A stretch of 62,904 nt of DNA, filler included, from Octopus bimaculoides (GCF_001194135.2; 7 parts of 6 records of this genome joined end to end with filler, not necessarily neighbours in it), one strand, 5' to 3'; shown: positions 49,238 to 61,374, numbered from the whole stretch's first letter. Made by a program: numbers and translations. The notes: generated by a model from the sequence alone, not told the origin.

Positions 49238-51650
49238 AATTTGGTCCCCAAGATAGCGGAAGCTATCAACCACTTCTAGTTTTTCTCCCTTGAATGTGGC
49301 AGAAGTTGTTTTCTGCACATTCACAGTATTTATAGCTCCAGAACATCTGCTGCATACAAACTTCCTAGTTAACCTTCCTTTGATATTGCTGCACCTCTTA
49401 TGTGTCCATAGCTTGCACTTGGTGCATCTTATAGAGTTACTACCCACTCCTTTTCTACAGATCGAGCAGGGCCATCTACCCGAAGGGGTTTGTGTTTTGT
49501 CTGCCTTCCTACTTATGAGGACTTTGGTTTTAGCTAGGTTGACTCTAAGGCCCTTCGATTCTAGTCCTTGCTTCCATACCTGAAACTTCTCCTCTAATTG
49601 TGGTAGTGACTCAACAATTAGTGCAAGGTCATCAGCGTAGAGGAGCTCCTAGGGGCATCCTGACTTGAATTCCTCTGTTATAGCCTGGAGGACTATGATA
49701 AATAGGAGGGGGCTGAGGACAGAACCTTGGTGGACCCCTACCTCCACCCGGAATTCTTCACTGTACTCTTTGCTAACTCTCACCTTACTGACAGCGTTTC
49801 TGTACATGGCTCGCACAGCTCTCACTAACTATTCTTCTATCCCTAGTTTCCTCATTGACCACCAGATGAGAGATCGGGGGACCCTGTCAAAGGCTTTCTC
49901 CATATCAACGAAAGCCAGGAACAGAGGTTTATCCTTGGCTAGGTATTTCTCCNNNNNNNNNNAGATCGGGGGACCCTGTCAAAGGCTTTCTCCATATCAA
50001 CGAAAGCCAGGAACAGAGGTTTATCCTTGGCTAGGTATTTCTCCTGAAGCTGTCTTACCAGAAATATAGCATCAGTGGTGCTTTTCCCAGGCACGAACCC
50101 AAACTGCATCTCATCTAAACTGACTCGTTCCCTAACCAGTTGAGCTATGACTCTCTCCGTGACTTTCATTACCTGATCTAAAAGCTTGATACCTCTGTAA
50201 TTATTTGTATCTAAAGCGTCACCTTTACCTTTGTAGCAGTTGACTATGGTGCTGCTACACCAGTCATTGGGTATGACTCCTTCGTGTATCACCTGGTTCG
50301 TAATACGGGTGACTAGGCTATAGTCGACACTGCCAGATATTTTGAGCATCTCTGCAGTGATTCCTGATGGGCCGGGAGCTTTCCGTCTTCATACTCTTAA
50401 TTGCTTTATCTNNNNNNNNNNNNNNNNNNNNNNNNNNNNNNNNNNNNNNNNNNNNNNNNNNNNNNNNNNNNNNNNNNNNNNNNNNNNNNNNNNNNNNNNN
50501 NNNNNNNNNNNNNNNNNNNNNNNNNNNNNNNNNNNNNNNNNNNNNNNNNNNNNNNNNNNNNNNNNNNNNNNNNNNNNNNNNNNNNNNNNNNNNNNNNNNN
50601 NNNNNNNNNNNNNNNNNNNNNNNNNNNNNNNNNNNNNNNNNNNNNNNNNNNNNNNNNNNNNNNNNNNNNNNNNNNNNNNNNNNNNNNNNNNNNNNNNNNN
50701 NNNNNNNNNNNNNNNNNNNNNNNNNNNNNNNNNNNNNNNNNNNNNNNNNNNNNNNNNNNNNNNNNNNNNNNNNNNNNNNNNNNNNNNNNNNNNNNNNNNN
50801 NNNNNNNNNNNNNNNNNNNNNNNNNNNNNNNNNNNNNNNNNNNNNNNNNNNNNNNNNNNNNNNNNNNNNNNNNNNNNNNNNNNNNNNNNNNNNNNNNNNN
50901 NNNNNNNNNNNNNNNNNNNNNNNNNNNNNNNNNNNNNNNNNNNNNNNNNNNNNNNNNNNNNNNNNNNNNNNNNNNNNNNNNNNNNNNNNNNNNNNNNNNN
51001 NNNNNNNNNNNNNNNNNNNNNNNNNNNNNNNNNNNNNNNNNNNNNNNNNNNNNNNNNNNNNNNNNNNNNNNNNNNNNNNNNNNNNNNNNNNNNNNNNNNN
51101 NNNNNNNNNNNNNNNNNNNNNNNNNNNNNNNNNNNNNNNNNNNNNNNNNNNNNNNNNNNNNNNNNNNNNNNNNNNNNNNNNNNNNNNNNNNNNNNNNNNN
51201 NNNNNNNNNNNNNNNNNNNNNNNNNNNNNNNNNNNNNNNNNNNNNNNNNNNNNNNNNNNNNNNNNNNNNNNNNNNNNNNNNNNNNNNNNNGGTGACTAGG
51301 TGACTGGCAGGTTTCCTGAAGTTAGTATTGCAGACCATAAGGTCATTTGCATCACAGAACTCCAGCAGTCTGGTTCCCTCCTCATTGCGGGAACCAAAAC
51401 CATAGCCTCCATGTACGCCATAGAAGCCCCCTGAATGTTGTCCAACATGACCATTGAAGTCACCAGCCACAAAGAGAAGGTCCCTGTCATTCGTCGATGA
51501 GGTAGTCTGCAGGAGGGTGTCATAAAATTGGTCTTTCTGTCCGTCGGGTAGCCCGGGCTGAGGGGCATAGGCCGAGATAATGGTTGCTAACCCATGGTGT
51601 AGGACTAATCTAATCTTAAGTATCCTATCGCATACTCTAACTACCTCGAT
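49238..51650 (-). mobile_element. RTE-clade LINE (APE + RT with embedded PHD finger), little decayed but with stops
   Basis: APE: ISAYAPQPG..AGDFNGHVG..TNFRK. RT: NYRGIKLL..QFGFVPGKSTTDAIF..FVDMEKAFDRV..LLYADD (49628-49639)..FRYLGD. TAG stops at two probable Trp codons; ~880-N gap inside. Confidence 0.95.
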
Positions 51651-51911
51651 AGACTGGAATAGAAAAGCATTCTGTTACCATAATTCCAGCACTGAAGACA
51701 GGCGGATTCTAATTTCTAAATTAATTCAAAACTATACTCACAGGTTTTTGACAATGGGAAGGGGTGAAGTTGTCTATGGTCCAAGACTATGGCATTAGTG
51801 AGGAGTAAGAATCTTCAATTCTGAGCACCACCATCATCAATTCCCTTGAATGGAGAGAGTGTGTGAGTGGAGTGTAACGTTGTTGTTGTTGTTGTTGTTA
51901 TCATTATTATT

Positions 51912-52143
51912 AAGGTGATGAGCTGACTTAATTGCACACTGGGTAAAATGCACAGTGGCATTTTGTCGATCTTTATGTTCTGAGCCAAATTCCACCAAAG
52001 GTTGACTTTGTCTTTCATCCTTTTGGGGCTGATAAATTAAGAACTTGTGAAGCATTGGGGTCAATATAATTGACTAACTCCTTCTTCAAAAATTTCAGGC
52101 CTAGTGCCTATAGTAGAAAGAATGTTATTATTATAATTATCAT

Positions 52144-52175
<32 letters not shown>

Positions 52176-52388
52176 AGTCAGCAAGCTGGCAGAATCATTA
52201 GTATGCCAACAAAATGCTTCATGGCATTTCTTCCAGTTTTACATTCTGAATTCAAATTTCACGGAGGTCGACTTTCATCTTTTTAGTGCCAATAAAATAA
52301 GTAGCAGCTGAGCATCAGGGTCAATGTAGTTGACTAGCCTCCTCCCACAAAATTTCAGGCCTTGTGCCCATTACTGAGAGAATTATTA
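51912..52388 (+). mobile_element. Two tandem SINE family A copies separated by (ATT)/(ACT)n
   Basis: Both end in aaatttcaggcc.tgtgcc. Confidence 0.8.
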
Positions 52389-52619
52389 TTACAACCATTA
52401 TTATTATTATTACAGTTATGTATAAGAGTGCATATGGTAGGTAAGACAAGAGATTCATAGCAGAATTTCAAGTAGGCTGGCTGAGAATCAACTCTCAAAG
52501 TGCCACCAACTGTGTTGAATGTAAGTGCAAGCACACGCATAAAGAAAATCAAGCAGAAGGACGAATTGATAAACAAGTAGATAATTAGGAGAGATAATTA
52601 TACGTAATTATATGTAGAT

Positions 52620-53135
52620 AGACAGATTGTTATATGTGTATTGTGTGTGCATGAGAGAGGGTGTGTGTTGTGTATGTGTGCTTGTGTGTGTGTATAAGAG
52701 TGAGTGTGCGTGTGTAAGAGAGAGAGTGTGTGTATGTCTGTGTGTATATATATAAGTGTGTGTATGTGTGTATAAATGTGTATAAATGTGTATAAATGTG
52801 TGTATGTGTGTGTGTGTGCGTGCGCGCGCGCGTGTGTGTGTGTGCTTGTGTGTGTATATAAGAGGGAGTGTGTGTGTGTAAGAGAGAGAGTGTGTGTATG
52901 TCTGTGTCTGTATATATATAAATATGTGTATGTGTGTATAAATGTGTGTATGTGTGTGGGCGCGCGCACGTGTGTGTGCTTGTGTGTGTATATAAGAGAG
53001 AGTGTGTGTGTGTAAGAGAGAGAGAGTGTGTGTGTGTAAGAGAGAGAGAGAGTGTGTGTGTAAGAGAGAGAGAGTGTGTGTATGTCTGTGTCTGTATATA
53101 ATGTGTGTATGTGTGTGTGTGTGTGCGCGCGTATG
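52620..53135. repeat. Cryptic TG/AG/TA tract with recurring sub-blocks
   Basis: Repeated gtgtaagagagagagtgtgtgtatgtctgtg and gtgcttgtgtgtgtatataagag blocks. Confidence 0.85.
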
Positions 53136-54139
53136 CATGCACCTTAGATCATTAACTTCTTATCAAATCACAGTATGTGTTGAAAGAGTACTTTTTGTTG
53201 TACCCTCAGTGAACTCAGGGGTGTGTTAGGGTTCAGTTTTGTCTCCCACTCTTCCTTCTATACATTAATAAGTTACTTGCCATCATATTCAACAATACCC
53301 TCACTCATGCAGGTGATACAACCCTTCATTCTTCTCTAACCTTTCCCAACCAAACCACACAGTAAACCTGCTCTCATTCCATGAATAAAGACCTCAAAAA
53401 CATCTTCTCATGGGGTCATGCAACTCTTGTAATTTTAACAGCAAAAAAATTTCCAGCACTACTTATGTCAAAACATCTTCATACTTCACTCCTACTAAAC
53501 ATAAGAGTCACTCAACTAAAGCCCTGGCAGTCACTCCAAATACTAGACCTCACTGTTACCGAGGATCTTTCCTGATGAAAATACATCCTTAAGACAGCCA
53601 GAACTACATTACAATAAGTGCTGACACTTTGCAAAACTCAAATGAGGTCTCTGCCACACCCCAGTGGAGAATTGCTCCCCAGTGAAGAATAATGCTGCTG
53701 CTAAGTACACAGACATCCTGATCGGTATAAAGCCACTCATAGACATACTCCAGGCTCTGTTCCATTAGCATGCTGTCTCCTCTCGGTCTTTTCTCTTACT
53801 ACTATAATGGCCTCTGTTACTCAAATCTGGCAGCTCCTGTATATTTGCCACTCAGACTGTTTCAAAACACTCAACTCTTGTCATCCTTGCTGTCTACTCC
53901 CCAGCCCTAATCAGGCCTTACATTAATCCCTACACCCAGTCCTTCTTATGCAGAACCTTAGCCCTCTGAGATCTTGCTCATGTCTTTTCAAAAGGATTCA
54001 GCTGGCAACGAAATAAACAGAACATAAACAGAACACTGTTCTTGAGAGCCTGAAAAAGCCATGGGCATGGCCCCTTTCCCCTTAACTAGCAACAGAGTGT
54101 AAGAATACCCGTCAGAGTGTAAGGTAATGTCAATGTGAA

Positions 54140-54925
54140 TACCCGTCAGAGTGTAAGTATCTTGAGAGAAAAGCTGAACATTAGAAGCATCAGTTGTGGC
54201 GTGCAAGAGAGACGATTGCGCTGGTATGGACATGTGGTGAGAATGGAGGAGGATAGCTGCGTGAAAAAGTGCCACACCCTAACAGCTGAGGGAACCCGTG
54301 GAAGGAGTAGGCCCAGGAAGACCTGGGCTGAGGTGGTGAGGCAAGACCTTCGTACATTGGGCCTCACCGAGGCGATGACTACTGACCNNNNNNNNNNNNN
54401 NNNNNNNNNNNNNNNNNNNNNNNNNNNNNNNNNNNNNNNNNNNNNNNNNNNNNNNNNNNNNNNNNNNNNNNNNNNNNNNNNNNNNNNNNNNNNNNNNNNN
54501 NNNNNNNNNNNNNNNNNNNNNNNNNNNNNNNNNNNNNNNNNNNNNNNNNNNNNNNNNNNNNNNNNNNNNNNNNNNNNNNNNNNNNNNNNNNNNNNNNNNN
54601 NNNNNNNNNNNNNNNNNNNNNNNNNNNNNNNNNNNNNNNNNNNNNNNNNNNNNNNNNNNNNNNNNNNNNNNNNNNNNNNNNNNNNNNNNNNNNNNNNNNN
54701 NNNNNNNNNNNNNNNNNNNNNNNNNNNNNNNNNNNNNNNNNNNNNNNNNNNNNNNNNNNNNNNNNNNNNNNNNNNNNNNNNNNNNNNNNNNNNNNNNNNN
54801 NNNNNNNNNNNNNNNNNNNNNNNNNNNNNNNNTTGCCATCCGGTTTCACCAGTCCTCAGTCAAATCGTCCAACCCATGCTAGCATGGAAGGCGGACGTTA
54901 AACGATGATGATGATGATGATGATG
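54140..54925 (+). mobile_element. RTE LINE 3' end
   Basis: LREKLNIRSI..RRLRWYGHVVRM..GRSRPRKTWAEVV; tail ccaacccatgctagcatggaaggcggacgttaaac(gat)n; gap inside. Confidence 0.9.
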
Positions 54926-55025
54926 ATACATATATACATACATACATACATACATACATACATACATACATACATACATAATACATACATACATACATAC
55001 ATACATACACACACACATACATACA

Positions 55026-55055
<30 letters not shown>

Positions 55056-55057
<2 letters not shown>

Positions 55058-55870
55058 AACAAAGCCTCTCTTGGACTCATGGCCACTACATCACATCACA
55101 CTTCAAAGGCTATGCATTTGCGATTCAAGAACAGGAGATCGTTACTAAATATCTAATCAACAAAAGAGACAGGGAAGTCCTTGGAGTTCTGAAATGCAAC
55201 TGTAAATGTAGATTATGTTATATTTCTGTGGTAGACATCACACATGTAATTAGCAGCTGCCCAAAAATGTCATCAAGGTACTGCCTTCCAATGCGACACG
55301 ATGTTGTCGCAAAAACAATATACAATGCCGTTCAGAAAAAAGACTGTCCTGGAATAAGTATAGAGAATCACCCTGTTATTGAATATGTACACAAATACCT
55401 GCACAAGGAATACTGGTGGAGCATTCCCATCAAAATACCTGTCAAGAGTAAACATTGCAGGCTGAATGTTGTTGTTTGAGACAGACAAGAAAAATATGTA
55501 CCATCATAGAAGTCAGCTGTCCTACTGATGTGAATGTCTATTTGAAAATCAAGGAGAAAGATGACTATGGAAAATTGCTTTGAAACCTCCAGCTTCTGTA
55601 TCTGGATTACAAATTATATCTATACCAGTAATAACTGGAGCAGTTCATTTTGTAAGTAAATGCCTAACTGTCAGAATTGGAAATCAACCAACTGACTCAC
55701 ACATTACAATTACAATCTGTAAGTGGAACAGTAAAACTATGCGAGACTTTCCTCAGGTTTAAAATTTGACATTGTTTTAATTATGTACATTCCAAAGAGA
55801 GGGCTTTGTATCTTTTTTAGAAACCAGCTCCTTCTTCAGAGGAAGAATTGAAATGTTTAAATACAGAAGA
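55056..55870 (+). mobile_element. R4/Dong-type (RLE) non-LTR retrotransposon, 3' fragment
   Basis: TSHFKGYAFAIQEQEI..CKCRLC..ITHVISSCPKMS..MRHDVVAK..EYWW..IIEVSCP..IPVITGA: CCHC knuckle, RHD motif and RLE region, with frameshifts. Confidence 0.8.
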
Positions 55871-56138
55871 TACATACATACATATATAATTTTTAAAATG
55901 CATGTATGCATGAATACATACATACATACATACATACATACATACATACATACATCATCATCATCATCATCACAAACATATATATATATATACATCCACA
56001 TGATAGGCTTCTTTCAGTTTCTTTTTANNNNNNNNNNNNNNNNNNNNNNNNNNNNNNNNNNNNNNNNNNNNNNNNNNNNNNNNNNNNNNNNNNNNNNNNN
56101 NNNNNNNNNNNNNNNNNNNNNNNNNNNNNNNNNNNNNN

Positions 56139-56420
56139 AAGAGCCAGTCCAGGGGCACTGGCAACGATCTCGCTCGAAAACCCTACAAAGGCCAGTCAGG
56201 CGGTACTGGCAACGGTCACGCTCAAAATGGTGCATCTCATGTGCCACCCGCACAAGAGCCAGTCCAGGGGCACTGGCAACGATCTCACTTGGCTTGCCAG
56301 GTCTTCTCACGCACAGCACATTTCCAAAGGTTTCGGTCAGTAGTCATCGCCTCGGTGAGGCCCAATGTTCGAAGGTCTTGCCTCACCACCTCAGCCCAGG
56401 TCTTCCTGGGCCTACCTCAC
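56139..56420 (-). mobile_element. RTE LINE ORF end plus 3' UTR with an internal repeat
   Basis: 56335-56415 is the reverse complement of 54310-54387; aagagccagtccaggggcactggcaacgatc occurs twice. Confidence 0.85.
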
Positions 56421-56452
56421 ATGCATCAATAATCTCTCTCTCTCTCTTTCTC

Positions 56453-56493
<41 letters not shown>

Positions 56494-56544
56494 GTTGTTC
56501 TAGTGCTACAAAAACATACCATAGAATGGTACAGTGAATAAAGA

Positions 56545-56905
56545 ATATTATACCCAACTTAGTAAAATATAGCATTTGGAACTCTTGTTTTACAACAAAG
56601 AGATATCCCACAATGTGTTTACAGTACCAGTGCTGATTCCAACATTTGGGATACTTCACTGTTCTGTAGAAGAAATCAACTCCATAGATATTAAAACATC
56701 AACTAAAAACTTCGTCACAAACAGTGATATTAAGAAACTCTGCCTAAGAAGAAATGAAGGCAGTAGAGGCTCGAAATTAGTACAGACAGCCTTTGAACGT
56801 TGTACAGTTTCTTGCAGACAGCACTTGCTAACTTTGCACATGTAATTAGCAGCAGCCCCAAAATGCCATCAAGGTACCCTTATGCAACACAATGTTGTCA
56901 CTAAA
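56545..56905 (+). mobile_element. R4/Dong-type fragment, internally deleted
   Basis: SHNVFTVPVLIPTFGIL..SDIKKLCLRRNEGSRG (LYLPR.EGGRG-like) joined directly to HVISS.PKM. Confidence 0.6.
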
Positions 56906-57199
56906 ACAACATAAAAAGAACAGAGGAAAAGAAAAAGGAAAAGAGAAAAGCTCCCCCTACTAAGTGGTGTAGCATTTGAGAGGGGCAGGTGACTTTATGC
57001 CAAGTGTCGAAAGGCTAAAGTATGATAGAGGGATAAGCACAGGTGCTTTACTATAGAGAAGATAGATAACTACTTCACATTATGTGTAGGAGTGAATGGG
57101 TGGGAGTTGTTGAGAAAAAGATACAAAACGAAGGTAATGATGGATTGCCACAGCAAAGACTCAAGGTATAAGAAGGTGAACATAGGAGAGGATATGGAC

Positions 57200-57299
57200 N
57201 NNNNNNNNNNNNNNNNNNNNNNNNNNNNNNNNNNNNNNNNNNNTTAATTAATTAANNNNNNNNNNNNNNNNNNNNNNNNNNNNNNNNNNNNNNNNNNNN
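57200..57299. other. Artificial join: 44N-TTAATTAATTAA-44N
   Basis: 12-mer at 57244-57255. Confidence 0.95.
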
Positions 57300-58379
57300 T
57301 AACTAAATATGACTAGGGTGTTAGAACACCTACATTAATATAGACAGCCATGTGCAATGTGTTACTAATGTGAGGCTAAAGAATTAGCCAAAACACAGCT
57401 GCCTATATAAATTTTTTGGTATACACATTGGCAATTTGTTAAATCACCCATAGAATTCTATGGTGAATACATATGTACTGACAGAGAATCAAGTCCAAAA
57501 TCAGCCAAGATGATGAAATAGTAGCCAAAATTCCCTCAAATAACATTCCAGCTACCATCTTAAAAAAAGATGAAGAACACATTAGATAATGTAGTCCTAG
57601 ATACATTGTCTAAATAAATACTCCACCATTTAAATAAGGATACATTTGATTATATGATACTGAATATAGTGTATCTAAACAATTGCTGAGATGGTCATAA
57701 TTGGAGTACTCCTGATCAGTACTCATTTAAAGTTAAACAACAAGTGATGATGTAACCATAGTACTATTAAATTAGGTTACTTTATCAATGATGCATAGAG
57801 CTACCAGTAATTTGAGAAGACTTTCTTATCTTGGCCTTGTAGGTATTGCCCGACATCTGTATTTTATAACTTTTATCTGTAGTCATATATCCCTGCTAGA
57901 CTTCTCTCATTTCATGTTACATAAAATCATGTCATGGTTGAGTTAGTAGGCTAAAACTATTGTACACTTACATAATTTATCCAGTGTCTAAGTTTCTACT
58001 CATAGCACCTTTCATAAATTTGCTTTGTTTTTGAATATTTTTACATTTTGTCCTGCATTCTTCACTCTTTTTTTTTTATTTCAAACAGAAATGTAAGAAA
58101 ACAAAGAGAACATTTACCCCAGCTAGTTAAATTTAACATTTGTTCACCTTTCAATTGAAATGGATCAGTAGAGAAAACATGAGTAGCTAATGTAACAAGT
58201 CATGTAGCTCTTCTACAGGAAGAAATTTAATCTGGCCTCTTCTTTAATACTTTAACCCAACTTCTCCAAGTATACCAAGGTAGGTATGTATGCATGTATN
58301 NNNNNNNNNTTTAACCCAACTTCTCCAAGTATACCAAGGTAGGTATGTATGCATGTATGTATGTATAATGGTGACATGG

Positions 58380-58858
58380 CAGCGGAACAGTAAGGTTATA
58401 TATAAGGGTGATGGGGCCATAAAAGAGAAAAGAAAGGTTTGAAAAGAGTGGAAAAGTGACAGCAGCAATGCACCATATCAGGCTGCTAAAAGAGAAGCTC
58501 GGCAACAGGTTTTCCTAGTAAGGGCAGAAACAGAAAAAAAAGAAGTGTGAAAGTGCTACTATGAAAAGCTATTAAATATAGAGAATGAGTGAGAGAAAAG
58601 GAGTCTCCTCTTTGAGAAACCAACAGCCAGACCAGCTATTCTAGTTGACAGTAGCATGATAAATAAGGCAATTAAGGATAAGACAGGAAAAGCCTCCTGG
58701 TCTATTGGGGGTTACTGCTGAGATACTTAAAACATCTAGCAAAGTAGCATACTTGTACATTAAAACAGGTCATTCAGGAAAGTGTCATCCCTAATGNNNN
58801 NNNNNNGGTGTAGTATTATAGGCAGCTGCTACAAGGGTGAGAAAGATGCCTTAGATCA
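58380..58858 (+). mobile_element. Decayed RTE LINE fragment (start of RT)
   Basis: gcaattaaggataagacaggaaaagcc..gctgagatacttaaaaca..gtcatccctaatg..tgctacaagggtgagaaagatgccttagat aligns with the 50400-50215 region. Confidence 0.7.
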
Positions 58859-59010
58859 GTGTCTGTCAACCATTTTTACCCTTTGATTCCTATTCTACTT
58901 GTGTGAACCCTCCTAGCCATTCGACATTTAAAAAATCTTATATGATATTTTTATAATCAAACATTATTAGGAATTGTATAAAAATAATTATTAAAATATT
59001 TTGTGTATTG

Positions 59011-59301
59011 TACAGGGTGTCTCAAAAAGATTTGCCCATGTTTATGACTCTTCCTAAAAAATATTGGTTCAGATGATATCATCTACATTTTACATAAAGC
59101 TTTGCATATGTCTTTTGTTCATGTATCTATTGTTTCATTCATTTATAACATGGTGTCAAAAGCAAAACGTGTCCAGATTGTCGCTTTGAAAACAGCTGGA
59201 GTGAGCAACAAGGACAACAAAACAGTTGAATGTGTGTCATAAAACAATGTTCAATACCTGGAAACAATATATGGAGTCCATTACTACCTCTAGTAAGCCA
59301 A
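59011..59301 (+). mobile_element. Tc1/maT-like transposon 5' end
   Basis: TA-CAGGGTGTCTCAAAAAG terminus; ATG 59150 MVSKAKRVQIVALKTAGVSNKD..KQLNVCHKT (HTH-like, frameshifted); cut by a linker. Confidence 0.7.
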
Positions 59302-59401
59302 NNNNNNNNNNNNNNNNNNNNNNNNNNNNNNNNNNNNNNNNNNNNTTAATTAATTAANNNNNNNNNNNNNNNNNNNNNNNNNNNNNNNNNNNNNNNNNNN
59401 N
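59302..59401. other. Artificial join: 44N-TTAATTAATTAA-44N
   Basis: 12-mer at 59346-59357. Confidence 0.95.
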
Positions 59402-59660
59402 CCATGACACTGCATGGACCCTAATTAAAGCATGTGTAAAATTTGAATGAAATCGGTTGCGCATTTCTCGAGTTTTAGTGATGCACACATACAGACACAC
59501 AGACACACAGTCTCAGTTTTATATATATATAGAGATGTATATGTATGCGCGTATTAGCTTACATATACATATATACGCACACTTCTCAAGCGCACGCATA
59601 CACATGCACACACACACAATCACACACACTTCACACACACGCTGTAAGGTTCATAGGCTG
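59402..59660. other. Exact duplicate of 60543-60845, probably an assembly artefact
   Basis: Identical by eye across a TE/microsatellite/TE junction; bounded by a linker and a 10-N gap. Confidence 0.75.
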
Positions 59661-59938
59661 NNNNNNNNNNATATATATATATATATATATATATGAATAA
59701 AATTGTATGTTTACATACATTCATATTACTCTTTTACTCTTTTATACGTTTCACTCATTTGACTGCTGCCATGCTGGAGCACCGCCTATAGTCGAACAAA
59801 TCGACCCCAGGACTTAATCTTTGTATGCCTAGTACTTATTCTATCGTTCTCTTTTGTCAAACGATGGTGGGGGGGACAAACACAGGCACAAAGACACACA
59901 CACATAAATATATATACATATGCGCACTCACATACAAA

Positions 59939-59978
<40 letters not shown>

Positions 59979-60374
59979 CATNNNNNNNNNNNNNNNNNNN
60001 NNNNNNNNNNNNNNNNNNNNNNNNNNNNNNNNNNNNNNNNNNNNNNNNNNNNNNNNNNNNNNNNNNNNNNNNNNNNNNNNNNNNNNNNNNNNNNNNNNNN
60101 NNNNNNNNNNNNNNNNNNNNNNNNNNNNNNNNNNNNNNNNNNNNNNNNNNNNNNNNNNNNNNNNNNNNNNNNNNNNNNNNNNNNNNNNNNNNNNNNNNNN
60201 NNNNNNNNNNNNNNNNNNNNNNNNNNNNNNNNNATATATATATATATATACACACATCTATATGCTAACATTTACAAATATATCTATGCACGCGTGCATA
60301 AATAAACATATACCACAAACATGTATAGAAATACATAATGCAACTAATAGAAATGAAACTAATATATATATTTA

Positions 60375-60680
60375 CGCACACTGAAAGTAATTGAAATTGA
60401 AACCATATAATAGTGAAAGTATTATATCACATTACAATAGAGATGTTATTGTTTCACTTTTCACACGTAATATCGAAACAGTGTAAGAGATAAGAGATTG
60501 CTCCGGGCTTGTATTAGGTTAGAAGTTGAAAATGTTTTTAGCCCATGACACTGCATGGACCCTAATTAAAGCATGTGTAAAATTTGAATGAAATCGGTTG
60601 CGCATTTCTCGAGTTTTAGTGATGCACACATACAGACACACAGACACACAGTCTCAGTTTTATATATATATAGAGATGTA
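60375..60680 (+). mobile_element. Possible non-autonomous Helitron-like element
   Basis: aaaatttgaatgaaatcggttgcgc..agttttag..acagacacacagac..ttttatatatatatagagat resembles DINE/HINE-type 3' architecture. Class is inference. Confidence 0.35.
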
Positions 60681-60825
60681 TATGTATGCGCGTATTAGCT
60701 TACATATACATATATACGCACACTTCTCAAGCGNNNNNNNNNNTTACATATACATATATACGCACACTTCTCAAGCGCACGCATACACATGCACACACAC
60801 ACAATCACACACACTTCACACACAC

Positions 60826-61355
60826 GCTGTAAGGTTCATAGGCTGACAAAGATACTCTCATTGAATCTGACCAAATGAGCTTTATTTTTCAACGTAGTAC
60901 TCCTGCAGTCCACACATTTTTTCAATCAGTAATGCGGTGGTGGGATCCTATTGTTGAAGAAGCTTTCGCCCTGTTGGTCAAAAATACTCAGCCATAACAG
61001 ATATGACGTCAACCACGTTGCGATGCTGTTTCCAAGTCAAGAATTTTTTTCATATTGGGTAACAGATGATAGTCAGATGGGGCGAAATCAGGAGGATATG
61101 GAGGCTGATCAACCAGTTCAAATCCAAAGTCACGCCCAGCAGCCATTGAAACTAAGGATTTGTGCATTATCCTGATGAAACAAGACATTCTTTCGTCAGT
61201 TTCTTGAGCGTTTGATCGTGATAGCCTTTCGTAACAGCCGCAGCAAGTTGGCATAGTACTCTCTATTGATGGTGTGGCCCTTTTGAAGATAGTTAATAAT
61301 CACCATGTCTTTTGCATCTCCCAAAATTGAAGTCGTCACCATCCCTGCAAATGAA
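60826..61355 (-). mobile_element. mariner (DD34D, irritans-like) transposon 3' half, decayed
   Basis: INYLQKGHTINREYYANLL..VLFHQDNA..GFELVDQPPYPPDFAPSDYHLLPNMKK, with frameshifts. Confidence 0.85.
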
Positions 61356-61374
61356 ATGTTCTTAGAGCAGATAC

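Noticed and set aside
49650-49835. Two TGG-to-TAG stops as a deaminase-editing signature
   Set aside because: Two events are too few, and the ancestral codons are inferred, not observed.
49871-50044. 82-bp tandem duplication inside the RTE (similarly 58251-58358, around 60734-60743 and 18862-18871)
   Set aside because: Identical copies separated by exactly 10 N indicate unmerged overlapping contig ends, not biology.
733-60384. Long ORFs in the supplied track that span N runs or (TA)n/(CA)n/(GA)n repeats
   Set aside because: They stay open only because N and dinucleotide repeats contain no stops; the [16 protein letters not shown] peptides are not protein evidence.
59402-60845. Recent segmental duplication
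   Set aside because: The first copy is a short contig bounded by a linker and a 10-N gap and is identical to the second; most likely mis-scaffolding.
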